A stretch of 64,000 bases of DNA, taken from contig JASGHG010000001.1 of the NCBI GenBank assembly GCA_047602425.1, positions 2,496,001 to 2,560,000 on the forward strand, written 5' to 3'. A model generated the notes under the pieces. That model saw only the letters and a program-made list of their open reading frames with translations. It searched no databases and had not been told where the DNA came from. Shown piece by piece: positions 10,295 to 21,400 of this stretch. Numbering within the stretch: the first letter of the stretch is position 1; each line of letters starts with the position of its first letter. This DNA comes from Nibricoccus sp. (lineage in GTDB: Bacteria; Verrucomicrobiota; Verrucomicrobiia; Opitutales; Opitutaceae). The translations under genes were made by a program, and so were the position numbers.

Positions 10295-10381
10295 AATCTA
10301 GCCTTACCTTATTAATTGATCGTCTGGAGTATTTCGAAAATTAGACGAACGGGGGCCTGACTTTTTCAAGCCTTGGCCGTG

Positions 10382-10396
10382 TAGGGGCTTCCCTGA
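10382..10396. promoter_or_regulatory. Imperfect palindrome TAGGGGCTTCCCTGA, candidate regulator site
   Basis: Lies about 90 nt upstream of the DH-MT-FkbH-ACP gene and resembles TAGGGGTTTCCCCTA at 42784. Confidence 0.35.
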
Positions 10397-10690
10397 ACAA
10401 CCCCACAGGCATTCGACTAATGCCATAATTGGCTAAATATATGATAACCTGATCCCTACCTAACGGTTCGTTCCGAACGATGCATATGACGTTCCCATTC
10501 ATAGGCGCAGGCTTCCGCACGCCAGGTGCGGTGGCTGTGAATCGAACGGCTGGAGCAGTGCCAAAAAACGCTACTCCGAAATCGGCGGGGGTAGAAAAAG
10601 GCCAGCTTTACCCGCGAAATCGGGAAGCCAGCCGACGCTGGCAAGCAACAACGCCGCTGTGACCGCGAGGAAGCCAATCCGTGCCATGGA

Positions 10691-12922
10691 CTAGGTAGCG
10701 GAACGGTCGGTTTTCTGCGGCTTGAAGCGAGGAATGGCCGTCATGGTCAGGCGGTCAACGACGTCGAGATAAACGTCTTTCATCGTTTCCCACGAATTCG
10801 CCGTGGCATAGGCAAAGCCCGCGGCGGACAACTGCTCCTTAAAAGCGGGGTCTTTGATCAACTGGCGGACTCGTCGGGCGAAATCTTCGGAGTCGCCGGA
10901 GGTGAAGAACGCCGCCACGGAGTCATTGAAATACAGGCTGTCGATCCGTGTACGCGAAATGACGACGGGCAGTTTTTGCGACATGAACTCCATGATTTTG
11001 GTGCTGTAGGCTTGGTCGCCAAAACCCTCGGCTCGTTTGGGCACGATGCCGATGTCGGCATTGGCCATGATGCCGGGGATTTCCTCCAGCACCACGCCGG
11101 GGAGGAAGCGCACGTTTTTCTCCAAGCCGAGCGAGCGTGCCAGTTCCTGCAAATTCGGGAGCGTGGGGCCGTTGCCGTAGATATGAAGCTCGAGGTTTGG
11201 AAATTCCCCCACGAGCACTTTCATCGCATTGACCGCAATATCCAGACCTTGGTGATAATTTAACGAACCAGGATAAAGGAGGATAATGCGGTTGTCGTCG
11301 CGCGTGCGCGTTTTTGGCGCGAAAAGCTCCAGGTCGACATTGTTGACCATGGCGGTGAGTTTTTCCTTGTGGGCCGAGCGGCTGCTCAGCGTGCCTTTCC
11401 AGATGTGATTGGCGACAATGACATGGTCGGCAAAACCGCAGGAGAGCTTTTCGATCAATCGCAACCCTGTGGAAAGGATCGAGCCGTGCTTTACCGAGAA
11501 TTTCGATTCGTAGAGCTCGGGCACGATATCGTGGATATCGAGGATGATTTTCGCATTGCCCGACTTGAGCCTCGCGCCGGCGAAAACGAGAAAATCAGGA
11601 ATGTTGTGAACGTGGAGCAGATTGCAGCCGTTGGGAAAATTTTTCGGACCCAAGTGGACGAAGGCCTTCAAAAAGAAAGCACTGAGGCGCCAGGCATAAG
11701 CCCATTTGCCGGACTCTCTCGTTTCGCGCGCCTGAAGGCGGAAGACTTCGACCCCGTTGAGGGTTTCCCATTTCCGCGAGCGGACTTGTTCGGGTTTTCC
11801 AAGCGAAAATATTTTCACGCGGTCACCGCGTTTGGCGAGAGTTTCGGCGTAGCGGCGGACGCGATTGTCGGAGTTGTAGAAGCTGTACGTCAGCATGGCC
11901 ACCGAGCGCGGCGGCCGAGCCTGGCGGGGCTTGAACGGCGTGCAAAAAGCGGCGACCTCGCGGGGAAGCGCCGCCCAGTAACGGCCTTTGTATTCGTCCC
12001 GCACATGCGCGAGAAAATCGCGATAGAGCTGAACCGAGAACTCGTAGGTGCTGGGTTTCTCGCCCGGCATCGCCATGTAGTCGGGATGAGTGTCGAGCAG
12101 GGCCATCGCGCGTTTGTCGACCAGCCACCGGAGCTTGTTGCGCCAGATATCGATGTTTTTCTGTTTTAGAACTACGAAATAGTTGTAGTCCTGCACCAGC
12201 GTGTACGGCAGTTCGATATAGCCGTCACGTAGAGGCTTGGGACGGGAGGGCGATCCGTTCGCTGGGCCGCCTCGAAGGGCGTCCGCTTCCGGATTCGGTC
12301 GGTTGACCCAAAACGGGAAAACTGTCTGCGCTCCGTCGGGTTGGGGCTCGAAAGGATCCACATCGAACGTCGAGGCATCGTACGCGATGTCGAGATCGTG
12401 CAGCCAGTCGAGCTTGTGCAACATGAAGCCGGCGCGAAAACCAGTGGCGCCCCATTTTTTCAGCCACTGGTTAATGGCCGTGGCATCCCGGCGAAATCCT
12501 TCCCGACTCCGAAACAAGGTTCCGTCGTGGCGCAGGTCGTGCACGCCCACTTCAAAACCATTTTGATGCAGCCAATTTATCAGTTCATCTGGAACCGTGT
12601 AATCACCTGTGGGGATGAAGTTAAAACAGGAGCGGAATCCGTACTCCATTTCAATTTCCGCCAGCTGGCGGCAACGCCGCAGTCCCTTTGGACCTTCCAC
12701 GTCGTGGGTGAGCACGAAGGAAAAGTCTTTGCCATCCGGCCAGCCCGGCCAGTTTTCAGGAGCCTTGCCCGTGTCTTCGTAAATGGGCCAGTAGGCGGTG
12801 CACTTCCTTTTGATGATGGCCGCACGCATCCGCCGAAGTGCCAACCGCAGGCGGGGAGGGAGGATGGGCTTCACCGCGTAGTAAGCGTGGTTGAGGAGCA
12901 TGACGGGAGCGTGCAGATGCAT
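10691..12922 (-). CDS. Fusion of a polysaccharide deacetylase-like (NodB/CE4-like) domain and a GT4 glycosyltransferase
   Basis: N half: LTHDVE, EVGVHD, GFRAG, YDAS and ELPYTL. C half: DNRVRRYAETL, LDIHDIVPE and TKIMEFM (GT-B fold). Confidence 0.85.
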   Translation of the reverse strand: MHLHAPVMLLNHAYYAVKPILPPRLRLALRRMRAAIIKRKCTAYWPIYEDTGKAPENWPGWPDGKDFSFVLTHDVEGPKGLRRCRQLAEIEMEYGFRSCFNFIPTGDYTVPDELINWLHQNGFEVGVHDLRHDGTLFRSREGFRRDATAINQWLKKWGATGFRAGFMLHKLDWLHDLDIAYDASTFDVDPFEPQPDGAQTVFPFWVNRPNPEADALRGGPANGSPSRPKPLRDGYIELPYTLVQDYNYFVVLKQKNIDIWRNKLRWLVDKRAMALLDTHPDYMAMPGEKPSTYEFSVQLYRDFLAHVRDEYKGRYWAALPREVAAFCTPFKPRQARPPRSVAMLTYSFYNSDNRVRRYAETLAKRGDRVKIFSLGKPEQVRSRKWETLNGVEVFRLQARETRESGKWAYAWRLSAFFLKAFVHLGPKNFPNGCNLLHVHNIPDFLVFAGARLKSGNAKIILDIHDIVPELYESKFSVKHGSILSTGLRLIEKLSCGFADHVIVANHIWKGTLSSRSAHKEKLTAMVNNVDLELFAPKTRTRDDNRIILLYPGSLNYHQGLDIAVNAMKVLVGEFPNLELHIYGNGPTLPNLQELARSLGLEKNVRFLPGVVLEEIPGIMANADIGIVPKRAEGFGDQAYSTKIMEFMSQKLPVVISRTRIDSLYFNDSVAAFFTSGDSEDFARRVRQLIKDPAFKEQLSAAGFAYATANSWETMKDVYLDVVDRLTMTAIPRFKPQKTDRSAT

Positions 12923-13014
12923 TCTGTGGGTGGGCTATCGACAGATTGTTTTAACCGGCTTGCACCCGAAGGAGAGCGTGGAGGCGCTGCTGCGGTGTGG
13001 AAGGTGGCGATTGG

Positions 13015-14310
13015 TTATGCTTTCCAAACCTGGCCGGGTTTGGTTTTGATCGAGACCATGGCGTTCCGCGAATCGACGATGCAAGGGGCCCAATTGGCGA
13101 GCTCCTGATAGTTCACGGACGCGTGATTGGTGGCGAGGAGCACGGCGTCGAACCCGGAGATAGTCGCTTGGTTCCACGCGACCGATTTCATGCCTGCAAA
13201 CTGGGGATGCTCGCGCGTGAGTTTGATGACGGGCACGTACGGATCGTAGTAGGCGATCTCGGCGCCGCGGTGTTTGAGTTTTTCGAGGAGAATGTAACTG
13301 GGCGACTCGCGGTCGTCGTCAACGTTTGGTTTGTAGGCCAGACCGAGCACGAGGACCTTGCTGCCTTTAACAGGCTTGCCGAGCTCATTGAGCGCTTCGG
13401 CCGTGCGATTGATAACGTAGTCCGGCATGGCGGTGTTGATTTCACCGGAGAGTTCAATGAAGCGGGTGTGCTGTCCGTATTCGCGGGCCTTCCACGTGAG
13501 GTAGAATGGGTCGATGGGAATGCAGTGACCGCCGAGGCCAGGGCCGGGATAAAACGCCATGAACCCGAAAGGTTTCGTTTTGGCGGCGTTGATAACCTCC
13601 CAGACATCGATGCCCATTGCGGCGTAAACGACTTTAAGTTCGTTGACCAAGGCGATGTTGACGCCGCGGAAGGTGTTCTCAAGCAGCTTGGCCGCTTCGG
13701 CCACGCGGCAGGACGATACGGGGACGAGCGTTTTGATCGCGATCGAGTACGTGGCGACCGCTTTCTCCAAGCAGGCGGGAGTGAAGCCACCGACGATCTT
13801 CGGGATCGTGGCGACGACGCTTTGCGGATTGCCCGGGTCTTCGCGCTCGGGCGAGAAGGCGAGGTGGAAATCGATGCCGGCCTTCAGACCCGAACCATCT
13901 TCTATCACTTTGCGGAGATCCTCGTCGGTCGTGCCCGGGTAGGTCGTGGATTCGAGCGCGACCAGGGTTCCTTTTTTGAGGTGCGGGGCAATGGCCTTGC
14001 CGGTTTCTGTGATATAGGAAATATCCGGCTCGCGGTTTTTGTTGAGCGGTGTGGGGACGCAGATGATGACCGCGCTGACCTCTTTGATGCGCGAGAAATC
14101 GCTGGAGGCGGAGAACGCCTTCTTGTCCACCATCGCTTTGATATCGGCGCCGGTGATATGTTTAATGTAACTGCGTCCGGAATTGAGCGCCTCAACCTTT
14201 GCTGGGTCGATATCGAGGCCCAAGACGGTGGCACCGCATCGGGCGAACTGGAGTGACAACGGCAGACCGACGTAACCTAGGCCGACAATGGCGATTTGAT
14301 GGGAGGACAT
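13015..14310 (-). CDS. wbpA: UDP-N-acetylglucosamine 6-dehydrogenase (nucleotide sugar dehydrogenase)
   Basis: GLGYVGLP, CVPTP, ESTTYPG, FSPERED, GGHCIPIDPFYLTWKAREYG and YKPNVDDDRESP. Confidence 0.9.
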   Translation of the reverse strand: MSSHQIAIVGLGYVGLPLSLQFARCGATVLGLDIDPAKVEALNSGRSYIKHITGADIKAMVDKKAFSASSDFSRIKEVSAVIICVPTPLNKNREPDISYITETGKAIAPHLKKGTLVALESTTYPGTTDEDLRKVIEDGSGLKAGIDFHLAFSPEREDPGNPQSVVATIPKIVGGFTPACLEKAVATYSIAIKTLVPVSSCRVAEAAKLLENTFRGVNIALVNELKVVYAAMGIDVWEVINAAKTKPFGFMAFYPGPGLGGHCIPIDPFYLTWKAREYGQHTRFIELSGEINTAMPDYVINRTAEALNELGKPVKGSKVLVLGLAYKPNVDDDRESPSYILLEKLKHRGAEIAYYDPYVPVIKLTREHPQFAGMKSVAWNQATISGFDAVLLATNHASVNYQELANWAPCIVDSRNAMVSIKTKPGQVWKA

Positions 14311-14939
14311 GGTGATTGTTGTGGATGGTGATATTCAGTGAAGCTCGCAAGAACCTTAGTACCTGCGGGCTGAAAATGGGAGGATTTGGTTGCGGGCAAA
14401 ATCTACTTTTGGAGGGGTAGTAACAAAGCTGTTGGCAGGACGGCGGCCCTAGATGCATTTATTATATGCAAAAGAATGTCATCGCTAGAAACTGACTATG
14501 TATCGCGGGCGACCGGAAGCTCAACCACGCCGATCGCTTGTTTTGCATATCGAATATCAACACACCACTTTCGTTTGTACCACCGGGTGCTGGCGCGAAA
14601 TCCGGCTTTGGGCAGCCTTTGAAGCAAAAAGGCGCGGCCGTGCTTGCTGAAGATGGTGGAGGCGAGAGGAATCAAACTTCTATCTGCAGATCCTTTCGAA
14701 CCTGCCGTTTTATCATTAAACTACGCCCCCGAAATTGCCGGGTCGGGTGAGTGGATCGTCGATCGGGAAAGGACCGTCAAGTCTTTTGGTGGGGATTCCT
14801 GGAGTTGAAGAGCTAGGGTTGGTTTTTTGCGTTATCCGGAGTGACTCGCGCAATTTTTGCGAAAATCATGCGCCGAATTTGAAAATGGGACGATGTTTTT
14901 CGAGGCTGGACTTTGTTATACCGAGCTGGAGCTACTCTA

Positions 14940-16268
14940 TTATTTGGAGGTTTTTAAAAGTTCGCTCGCCACGACCGCGGTTTTGACCGGGGCCGCGCTC
15001 TTGCGATCGAGTACGAGCGGGCGATAAAATTTGCGCTGCACGAGCCTGCGCAAGGTTCCGAGCACCGAGCGAATCTTGTCGCGCATTTCTATGCGCCACC
15101 AGCAGGCGAAAAGATGGTTGTTGCGAAACCGCGTGTACGGCAGGCCCAGCAGGCGAACCGAGAAACGACGACCCCACACGGCACCTTTCTTTTTCCAGAG
15201 GCCGGATTGGGATTTCTCCACTTTCCATGCTTCGGCTGGTTTTAGTTCAACGTAACCGTCGGCAATCGCGCCTTGGAGGATTTCACGGCCGCGCTGGGTC
15301 CGGACCAAAACCAAGGAGGAGCCAGGATTAACGCCATCCGGTTGGAAATACCAAGGATCGCCGCAACTGATATCGGCAAGTTCGCCGCTACTATCCGGCC
15401 AGAGCTGCACCGACCACGGACGTGACGCCTGAAGAATCGCCCAGCTTTCGCTATAGGTGAGTTTAAACGCAGGCTCGGATTGTCCCGGCATCATCGGTGC
15501 GAAATGACCGGGCCACCCCAGACCGCGATAGCGCAGGCTGGCGATAGAGGAGGGTTCGATGCCGCGTTCTTTCAACAGATTTGTCGTTGCCTTTGTCGGC
15601 GGACTGCCGGCGCAGAAAAACGACATGGTCACGCCGATCTTTTGGTCCAATTCCGGCTTGAGCCGGCGGGCATTCGTCAAAGCGGCGATTTCAGAAGGCT
15701 GACCGATGATGGCGCATGGCGCCGAGGCTTGCTCCACCAAGTTCAGGCCGTTGCACACGGAAGCGGGAGCATACCGGGAGCCGCTGGCGGCAATGAGATC
15801 CTGGCGATTCAAACTCAATCTCGTGCGGTTCAAAAAAGGCTCTTCCGGATCCTGACCGGTGTGCAGCACTCCGGCCATTCCTGCCTTTTCAACGCAGTAC
15901 GCGGCGAGGGCAGTGAGCACGCCGCCGGAAGAACCTTTATAACGTATTTCCGGATCTGCTGCGTGCCCTTCCCAAACTTCCAGAACCTGGCCCCAGTTTT
16001 GGGTGAAATCGGTCGCCGTCGCAGGAACGTCCTTGGGCTTGTCGTTCGCCGCTGGCGCGAACGGAGTGAAGTCGGTCTGTACGCTCGGGCAAGCGTCGAG
16101 GCAAAGCGTGCAATCCTTGCAATCGCTGGTGTCAACATTGGGACGGATTCCCTCGGCGACGTAGTCCAGGAGCTGAATGCGGTTTTCCGGACAGATGTAT
16201 GCGCACACACCACAACCAATGCACAACCTCCAATCAACAACGTCGGTAAGCGTTTTTATTTTGCCCAT
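14940..16268 (-). CDS. Coenzyme F420 hydrogenase beta-subunit (FrhB) family protein with 2x[4Fe-4S] N-terminus
   Basis: CIGCGVCAYICP and CKDCTLCLDACP; SSGGVLT, SGSRY, YRGLGWPG and ADISCGDPW. Confidence 0.88.
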   Translation of the reverse strand: MGKIKTLTDVVDWRLCIGCGVCAYICPENRIQLLDYVAEGIRPNVDTSDCKDCTLCLDACPSVQTDFTPFAPAANDKPKDVPATATDFTQNWGQVLEVWEGHAADPEIRYKGSSGGVLTALAAYCVEKAGMAGVLHTGQDPEEPFLNRTRLSLNRQDLIAASGSRYAPASVCNGLNLVEQASAPCAIIGQPSEIAALTNARRLKPELDQKIGVTMSFFCAGSPPTKATTNLLKERGIEPSSIASLRYRGLGWPGHFAPMMPGQSEPAFKLTYSESWAILQASRPWSVQLWPDSSGELADISCGDPWYFQPDGVNPGSSLVLVRTQRGREILQGAIADGYVELKPAEAWKVEKSQSGLWKKKGAVWGRRFSVRLLGLPYTRFRNNHLFACWWRIEMRDKIRSVLGTLRRLVQRKFYRPLVLDRKSAAPVKTAVVASELLKTSK

Positions 16269-16349
16269 TGAATATATGATGGTCGATGAATAATGCCGGC
16301 AGGTCGGCCCCGGATTATATAGAAATTATATGGTTTTGGCCGGATCCGT

Positions 16350-17627
16350 TTATGAAGAGGAAACCAAACGTTGGAATATATCTGCGAGTTTTCGGCGCGC
16401 GTCCTTGGAGGCTTCCGCGAGGCCGGCACGGGCCGCGGCGCGCAAACGATAAAGTTCGACGGCACGCGTCACCGCCGAAGCGTTGTCGCTGCTTCGACCA
16501 TCGATGACCCAGTCCTGCATTCCGACACTTTCGAAAACCCCCGCGAACTTCATGCTGTACGCGACTCCGATGCAAGGAACGCCCTGCGAGAGCGCGGCGA
16601 TGCAAGCATGCATGCGTGAGCCGATGAAAAAATCGCAGCGCCCGATGATGCCCTTGATCGCATATTGATCGTACTCGCGGTCGACGATCCTGATTCGCTG
16701 CCGCAATGCGGCGGGTACTGCGTCGCGCAATTTCCGCGATGCTTCCTGATCGCTTTCCACGTCGCCCGCCGGAGCGAAGGTATGCGGAACCAGCCAGAGT
16801 TCTCCGGGATGCTCGTTCAACAACCGTGTCACCAATTCGGGAAGAAACTCCGCGTAGCTCAGCTTGAGTCCGAACATATTATTGCGTGTGTAACCGCCGT
16901 TATACATCAGGCCGTTGACATTCAGGCCAATCACGCCCGCCGGAACGCTGCCGGCGAGGGGAGGATCGAGAGCAATTTCGGACGTCGGAACGGCTTCAAG
17001 CGAAAAGGCCACGTCTGGACTGAGCAGAACTTCTTTCCCGGGGCCCACGAGATTTTGCGCGACGACGCGGCTTTGTTTGTCGCGCGCAATCACCACAGAG
17101 GACCGCCTGAGCAGATAGCGCGCGAGCCCGCGCGCGACCGCGCTTTTGAACGGGCCGTAGGTTTGCGGAAACTGCACCATCGTGCCTTTGACCAACAAAA
17201 CCGACCAGTCCAAAAGGAAGGTATAAATAAATCCTTTTAACCCATAGATATCGCTAAAACTATCGCCGCCGTGGACGTTGCCGACTAGTTTGGCATCGAC
17301 AATCGTTTTGATCCACGGCGTGGAGCGGGCAATGGCGGCCCGGACGGCTTTTAGGGGAGCCAGTCGATAGAGCATCGACATCCCAAGGATCCAGAAAAGG
17401 TGATCGCGCGGCCGGGCTCGGGGGGACATGCGGACATTGACGACTTCAATCGGCGTTTCCTTGCCGCCTACACGAAAAGTCGCCGGCCGGTTGTCCTGGT
17501 TGCCCAAGAGCAGGGCAATATGGCACCCCGGAGCCGCTTCGGCGCAGAGGTTGACCAGGGAAGCGCCCAGCGCCAGAACGCCGCGGTTTCCGGATGAAAC
17601 CGGCGTGCCTAGAATTCCGATCTTCAT
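16350..17627 (-). CDS. Polysaccharide pyruvyl transferase (WcaK-like) family
   Basis: GNRGV, GGDSFSDIYG, PQTYGPF, ARD, PDVAF, GSRMHACIAALS and YSMKF. Confidence 0.9.
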   Translation of the reverse strand: MKIGILGTPVSSGNRGVLALGASLVNLCAEAAPGCHIALLLGNQDNRPATFRVGGKETPIEVVNVRMSPRARPRDHLFWILGMSMLYRLAPLKAVRAAIARSTPWIKTIVDAKLVGNVHGGDSFSDIYGLKGFIYTFLLDWSVLLVKGTMVQFPQTYGPFKSAVARGLARYLLRRSSVVIARDKQSRVVAQNLVGPGKEVLLSPDVAFSLEAVPTSEIALDPPLAGSVPAGVIGLNVNGLMYNGGYTRNNMFGLKLSYAEFLPELVTRLLNEHPGELWLVPHTFAPAGDVESDQEASRKLRDAVPAALRQRIRIVDREYDQYAIKGIIGRCDFFIGSRMHACIAALSQGVPCIGVAYSMKFAGVFESVGMQDWVIDGRSSDNASAVTRAVELYRLRAAARAGLAEASKDARRKLADIFQRLVSSS

Positions 17628-17673
17628 TCGATAAATATTTTCACCAGACTCGTCATGCTTTTCCCGCAGGGCT

Positions 17674-18351
17674 TCAATGTTTCCAAAATATTCCTTCCTT
17701 GATCACTCGTATGTTGGGGCTTCCGCCGATGACCGCGTGGGACACGTCGACGCGCCCGGCCACGGTGGTTCCGGCCGCCACGACCACACCCTCTTTTATT
17801 TTGGATCCTTTTAATATAAGCGTCCGGCAGCAGAGCCAGACGTTGTCGCCGATAATAATTGGTTTTGGCGGATTCAAAACGGTTCCCTGCGCATCACAAA
17901 TATCGTGCCAGTCCTGGTCGAAAACCGAGACATCCCAGGAAATCAAAACGTTTCGCCCGAAGGAAATCTTTGTTTTCGCGTAGATCATGCTGAAACCGGT
18001 GACCGCGAAATTGTTTCCAACGAATAGTTCGCCATGCGCGGCGATCTGGCAGCCTGGCCCAATGTCGGCGGTTCCTTCAAAAATGACCTTACCGGTTATG
18101 ATCAATATGGACTTCGATTTGGCATTGTGAAAAAGCGGGCCGTCTCCCATTCCGATTTTCACGATGCCCGTCCTGATCCGCTGCAATTCCACCGTGCCGG
18201 AGAGTTCCTTTAGCTGCACGCGATGGGAGACAAAAACCGGGAGTTTCAGCGCGGTGCGGAAAGGAAAATAGCGCAGGTTGAAATGAACGGTGTTCGGGAT
18301 CGAAAGGAGGAAATCCCATTTCCTCAAAATACTCCGAAGGGCATTTTTCAT
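17674..18351 (-). CDS. Hexapeptide-repeat (left-handed beta-helix) acyltransferase
   Basis: ISFGRNVLISWD, DQDWH, IIIGDNVWLC, ILKGSKI and VIGGSP. Confidence 0.88.
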   Translation of the reverse strand: MKNALRSILRKWDFLLSIPNTVHFNLRYFPFRTALKLPVFVSHRVQLKELSGTVELQRIRTGIVKIGMGDGPLFHNAKSKSILIITGKVIFEGTADIGPGCQIAAHGELFVGNNFAVTGFSMIYAKTKISFGRNVLISWDVSVFDQDWHDICDAQGTVLNPPKPIIIGDNVWLCCRTLILKGSKIKEGVVVAAGTTVAGRVDVSHAVIGGSPNIRVIKEGIFWKH

Positions 18352-18447
18352 GCGTTTGGCAAAAGGTGGTTTTGCAGATGAAAGCGGGAAGATGAGTGAG
18401 GCGACGGGAGCCTCATGCCAGCACTGGACGTGCCTGAACGGCTCTCT

Positions 18448-21400
18448 TTAGCGAATCTTGTCTCCTTCCAGCGGTTGCGCAAACTGGTCCTTCACATTGT
18501 TGAGATTTTCCAACGAGGCGTTCCACCATTTCGATGCCAGCAAGGTTTCGATCGTCTTCGGGTTGAAGCGGTATCGCAGGACCTTGGCCGGGTAACCACC
18601 GACAATGGCATAGGGAGGCACATCTTCCACAATAACGCTCCCGGCGGCGATGAAAGCTCCGTCCCCGATCTTTTTTGTAGGATAGAGGATGGTTGCGTTA
18701 TTTCCGATAAACACGTCGTTGCCAATTTCCACTTTCACCCGGTTGAGTTCGTAGCCTTTGGCGAAGCCGAAGGCGGGATGGTAGAAAATCGCGTTGGTCG
18801 AGATGGTGTTTCTGGGGTGGTCGGCATTTTGGATGAACGCCGTGGGAGACACCGATGAATATCTGCCGATCGTCGTCTTCTCGCGCATCCGGTCAACGTC
18901 GAAGCATCCGCAAGTGTAATCGCCAATCTGGATGCCGAACATTTTGGCGTAAAGCTTCCGCAAGGTTACCGTGTAGTATTCGCCATTCTCGAATTTGAGG
19001 ATCAATTTTTGGGCGAACGCGCGAACGCGGCGGCTTCCGTTCATGAACAGCGGGGCCAGGACCCATCGGCAGAACGCGGACTCTTTCATCCGGGAGCCGG
19101 CTGTCGGCCCTGTTTGCGATGTAGTTGTTTTTTGGAGACCGAGCAGCGTTGCGACAATTTCCGGATTGGCCTCGGGCAGGTTTAGGCTCGGAGCTGGGCT
19201 TGGTGCCGCGGGCTTGTCGATGACATGCGCGGATTGGCCGGACGTCGACGGCAGTAGAGTCGCGAGGCCTGCCACCGTTCGATGCCGGAAAAGCGCCACG
19301 GGCGGAAGATCGGTTCCGAAGCGATCGTTGAGGAGCGAAACGGCCCGCAATACCAGCAACGAGTGACCGCCCAAATCGAAGAAATCGTCGTGAATGCTGA
19401 TGCGTTCAACACCCAATACTTCCCTCCAAACCTGACAGACACCTTGTTCGGTTTCGTTTCTTGGGGCGACATAGGTGGTTCCGAGGTCCGGACGGTCCTG
19501 CACGGGCTTCGGAAGGGCCTTGCGGTCGACTTTTCCATTGGTAGTCAGAGGAATTTTTTCGAGCTGCACGAAGGCGGCCGGCACCATGTACTCCGGCATT
19601 TTTTTCTTCAGGTGTTCCCGAAGCTCCAGAACCGAGGGGATCACGCCGCCTGACGAAATGACGTACGCAACCAATCGCTGGTCGCCGGGAACATCTTCGC
19701 GCGCGATGACGACCGCTTCGCGAATCGCAGGATGCTGACAGAGAACGGACTCAATTTCACCCAGTTCGACGCGGAAGCCGCGGATTTTTACCTGTTGATC
19801 GATACGGCCGAGATACTCGATGTCGCGGCCGGGAAGGAAGCGAGCGAGATCGCCCGTTCGATAAAGTCGCGAACCGGGTTTGTTCGTGAGATGATCGGGA
19901 ATGAATCGGGCGTCGGTGAGGTCCTGCCGATTGAGGTAACCGCGCGCAAGGCCGGCACCGCCGACGTACATTTCTCCCGGAACACCGATGGGCAACGGCT
20001 GTTTTTGCGGATCGAGGATATATACTTGAAGATCCGGAATCGGCACGCCGATCACACTGCCAGAGGTCAAATCGTCTTTCGACAACGGCCTGTACGTGAC
20101 ATGCACCGTCGTTTCGGTGATGCCATACATATTGACCAAACGCGGCTGGCTGTCGCCATGCCGGTCGTACCACGGGCGCAAACTTTGCATTTCCAAAGCC
20201 TCTCCCCCGAAAACCACATAACGCAGCGCCAGTTTCTTCTGCCCGACCGATTCCTCCGCATGGATGAGCTGGCGGAATGCCGATGGCGTTTGGTTCAGGA
20301 CGGTCACCTGTTCCTTGGCGAGGAGTTCGTAGAATGCCTCGGAGGAGCGGCTGACCATGAATGGCACCACAACAAGGCGGCCGCCGTAGAGCAAGGCGCC
20401 CCAGATTTCCCAAACGGAGAAATCGAAAGCCACGGAGTGGAACAGCGTCCATACGTCCGAACTATTGAACCCGTACCAATGATCGGTGGCGGAGAAGAGC
20501 CGCGTCACGTTCCGGTGGGTGAGCAGGGAACCCTTGGGTTTTCCCGTCGTGCCCGAGGTGTAAATAACGTAGGCAAGATGATCCGGATTTGTCGCGGACG
20601 GCTGGTTTTCGTTGTCGGCGTCGGTCAGTTTTTCCTGGAGCAGCTGGTCTACGCAGAGCACACGGGCGGATGTTTCGGGAAGATCCTTGAGCAGGGACGA
20701 CTGCGTGAGCAGAATGGGAGCCTTGGCATCGGAAAGCATGAACGCCAGTCGATCGGCCGGGTAGGCAAGATCGATCGGCAGGTAGGCGCCTCCCGCTTTC
20801 AAGATGGCGAGCAGGCCGATCACGAGGTTGTTGCACCGTTCAAGACACAGACCGACGAGGACATCGGGGCCGACGCCCAGTGAACGCAACTCGCGGGCGA
20901 GTCGGTTGGCCATGGCGTTGAGTTGGCGGTAGCTAAGGGTTTGGTCATCGCAGGTCAGCGCGGGCGCGTCCGGGCTCCGGCGGGCCTGCTCCTCAAAAAG
21001 GACATGGATGCAACGGTCGCTGGGATAGTCTTTTGGTGCTTCGTTCCAGTCGACCACGAGCTGCTTCCGTTCCGCGGCGGTGACGAGCGGTAGGACACCC
21101 AATTGTTTTTCCGGTCCGGCGAGCATTCCGGCGAAAATGATTTCGAGGTGCCCAAGCATTCTGCCGATGGTTCCTTCGTCATACAGACCGCCATTGTATT
21201 CGAGGCGCAGCAGCAGTTGGTTTTCGCCATAAGCCTGGAGGACGAGCGGTATGCCGACCTGTTCCTTTAGTTCTATCTGGAGTTTAGGTCCATTCGGATT
21301 CAGTTGCTGGACCGCGGTATCAAGCTGTGCATGATCGAACATCAACAGGGTGTCGAACAGCGCCTTCCGGTCTTGAATTTCGCTCCATTGCTGGATCTTG

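Noticed and set aside
12997..14256. Long plus-strand ORFs antisense to real genes (also 19732-20883, 38332-39414, 53845-55227, 57793-58947)
   Set aside because: These are shadow ORFs typical of GC-rich coding DNA, with no motifs; the opposite strand has clear family signatures.
14467..14481. Sigma54-like TGACATTCTTTTGCA upstream of wbpA (minus strand)
   Set aside because: It lacks the invariant GG at -24, and there is no other support.
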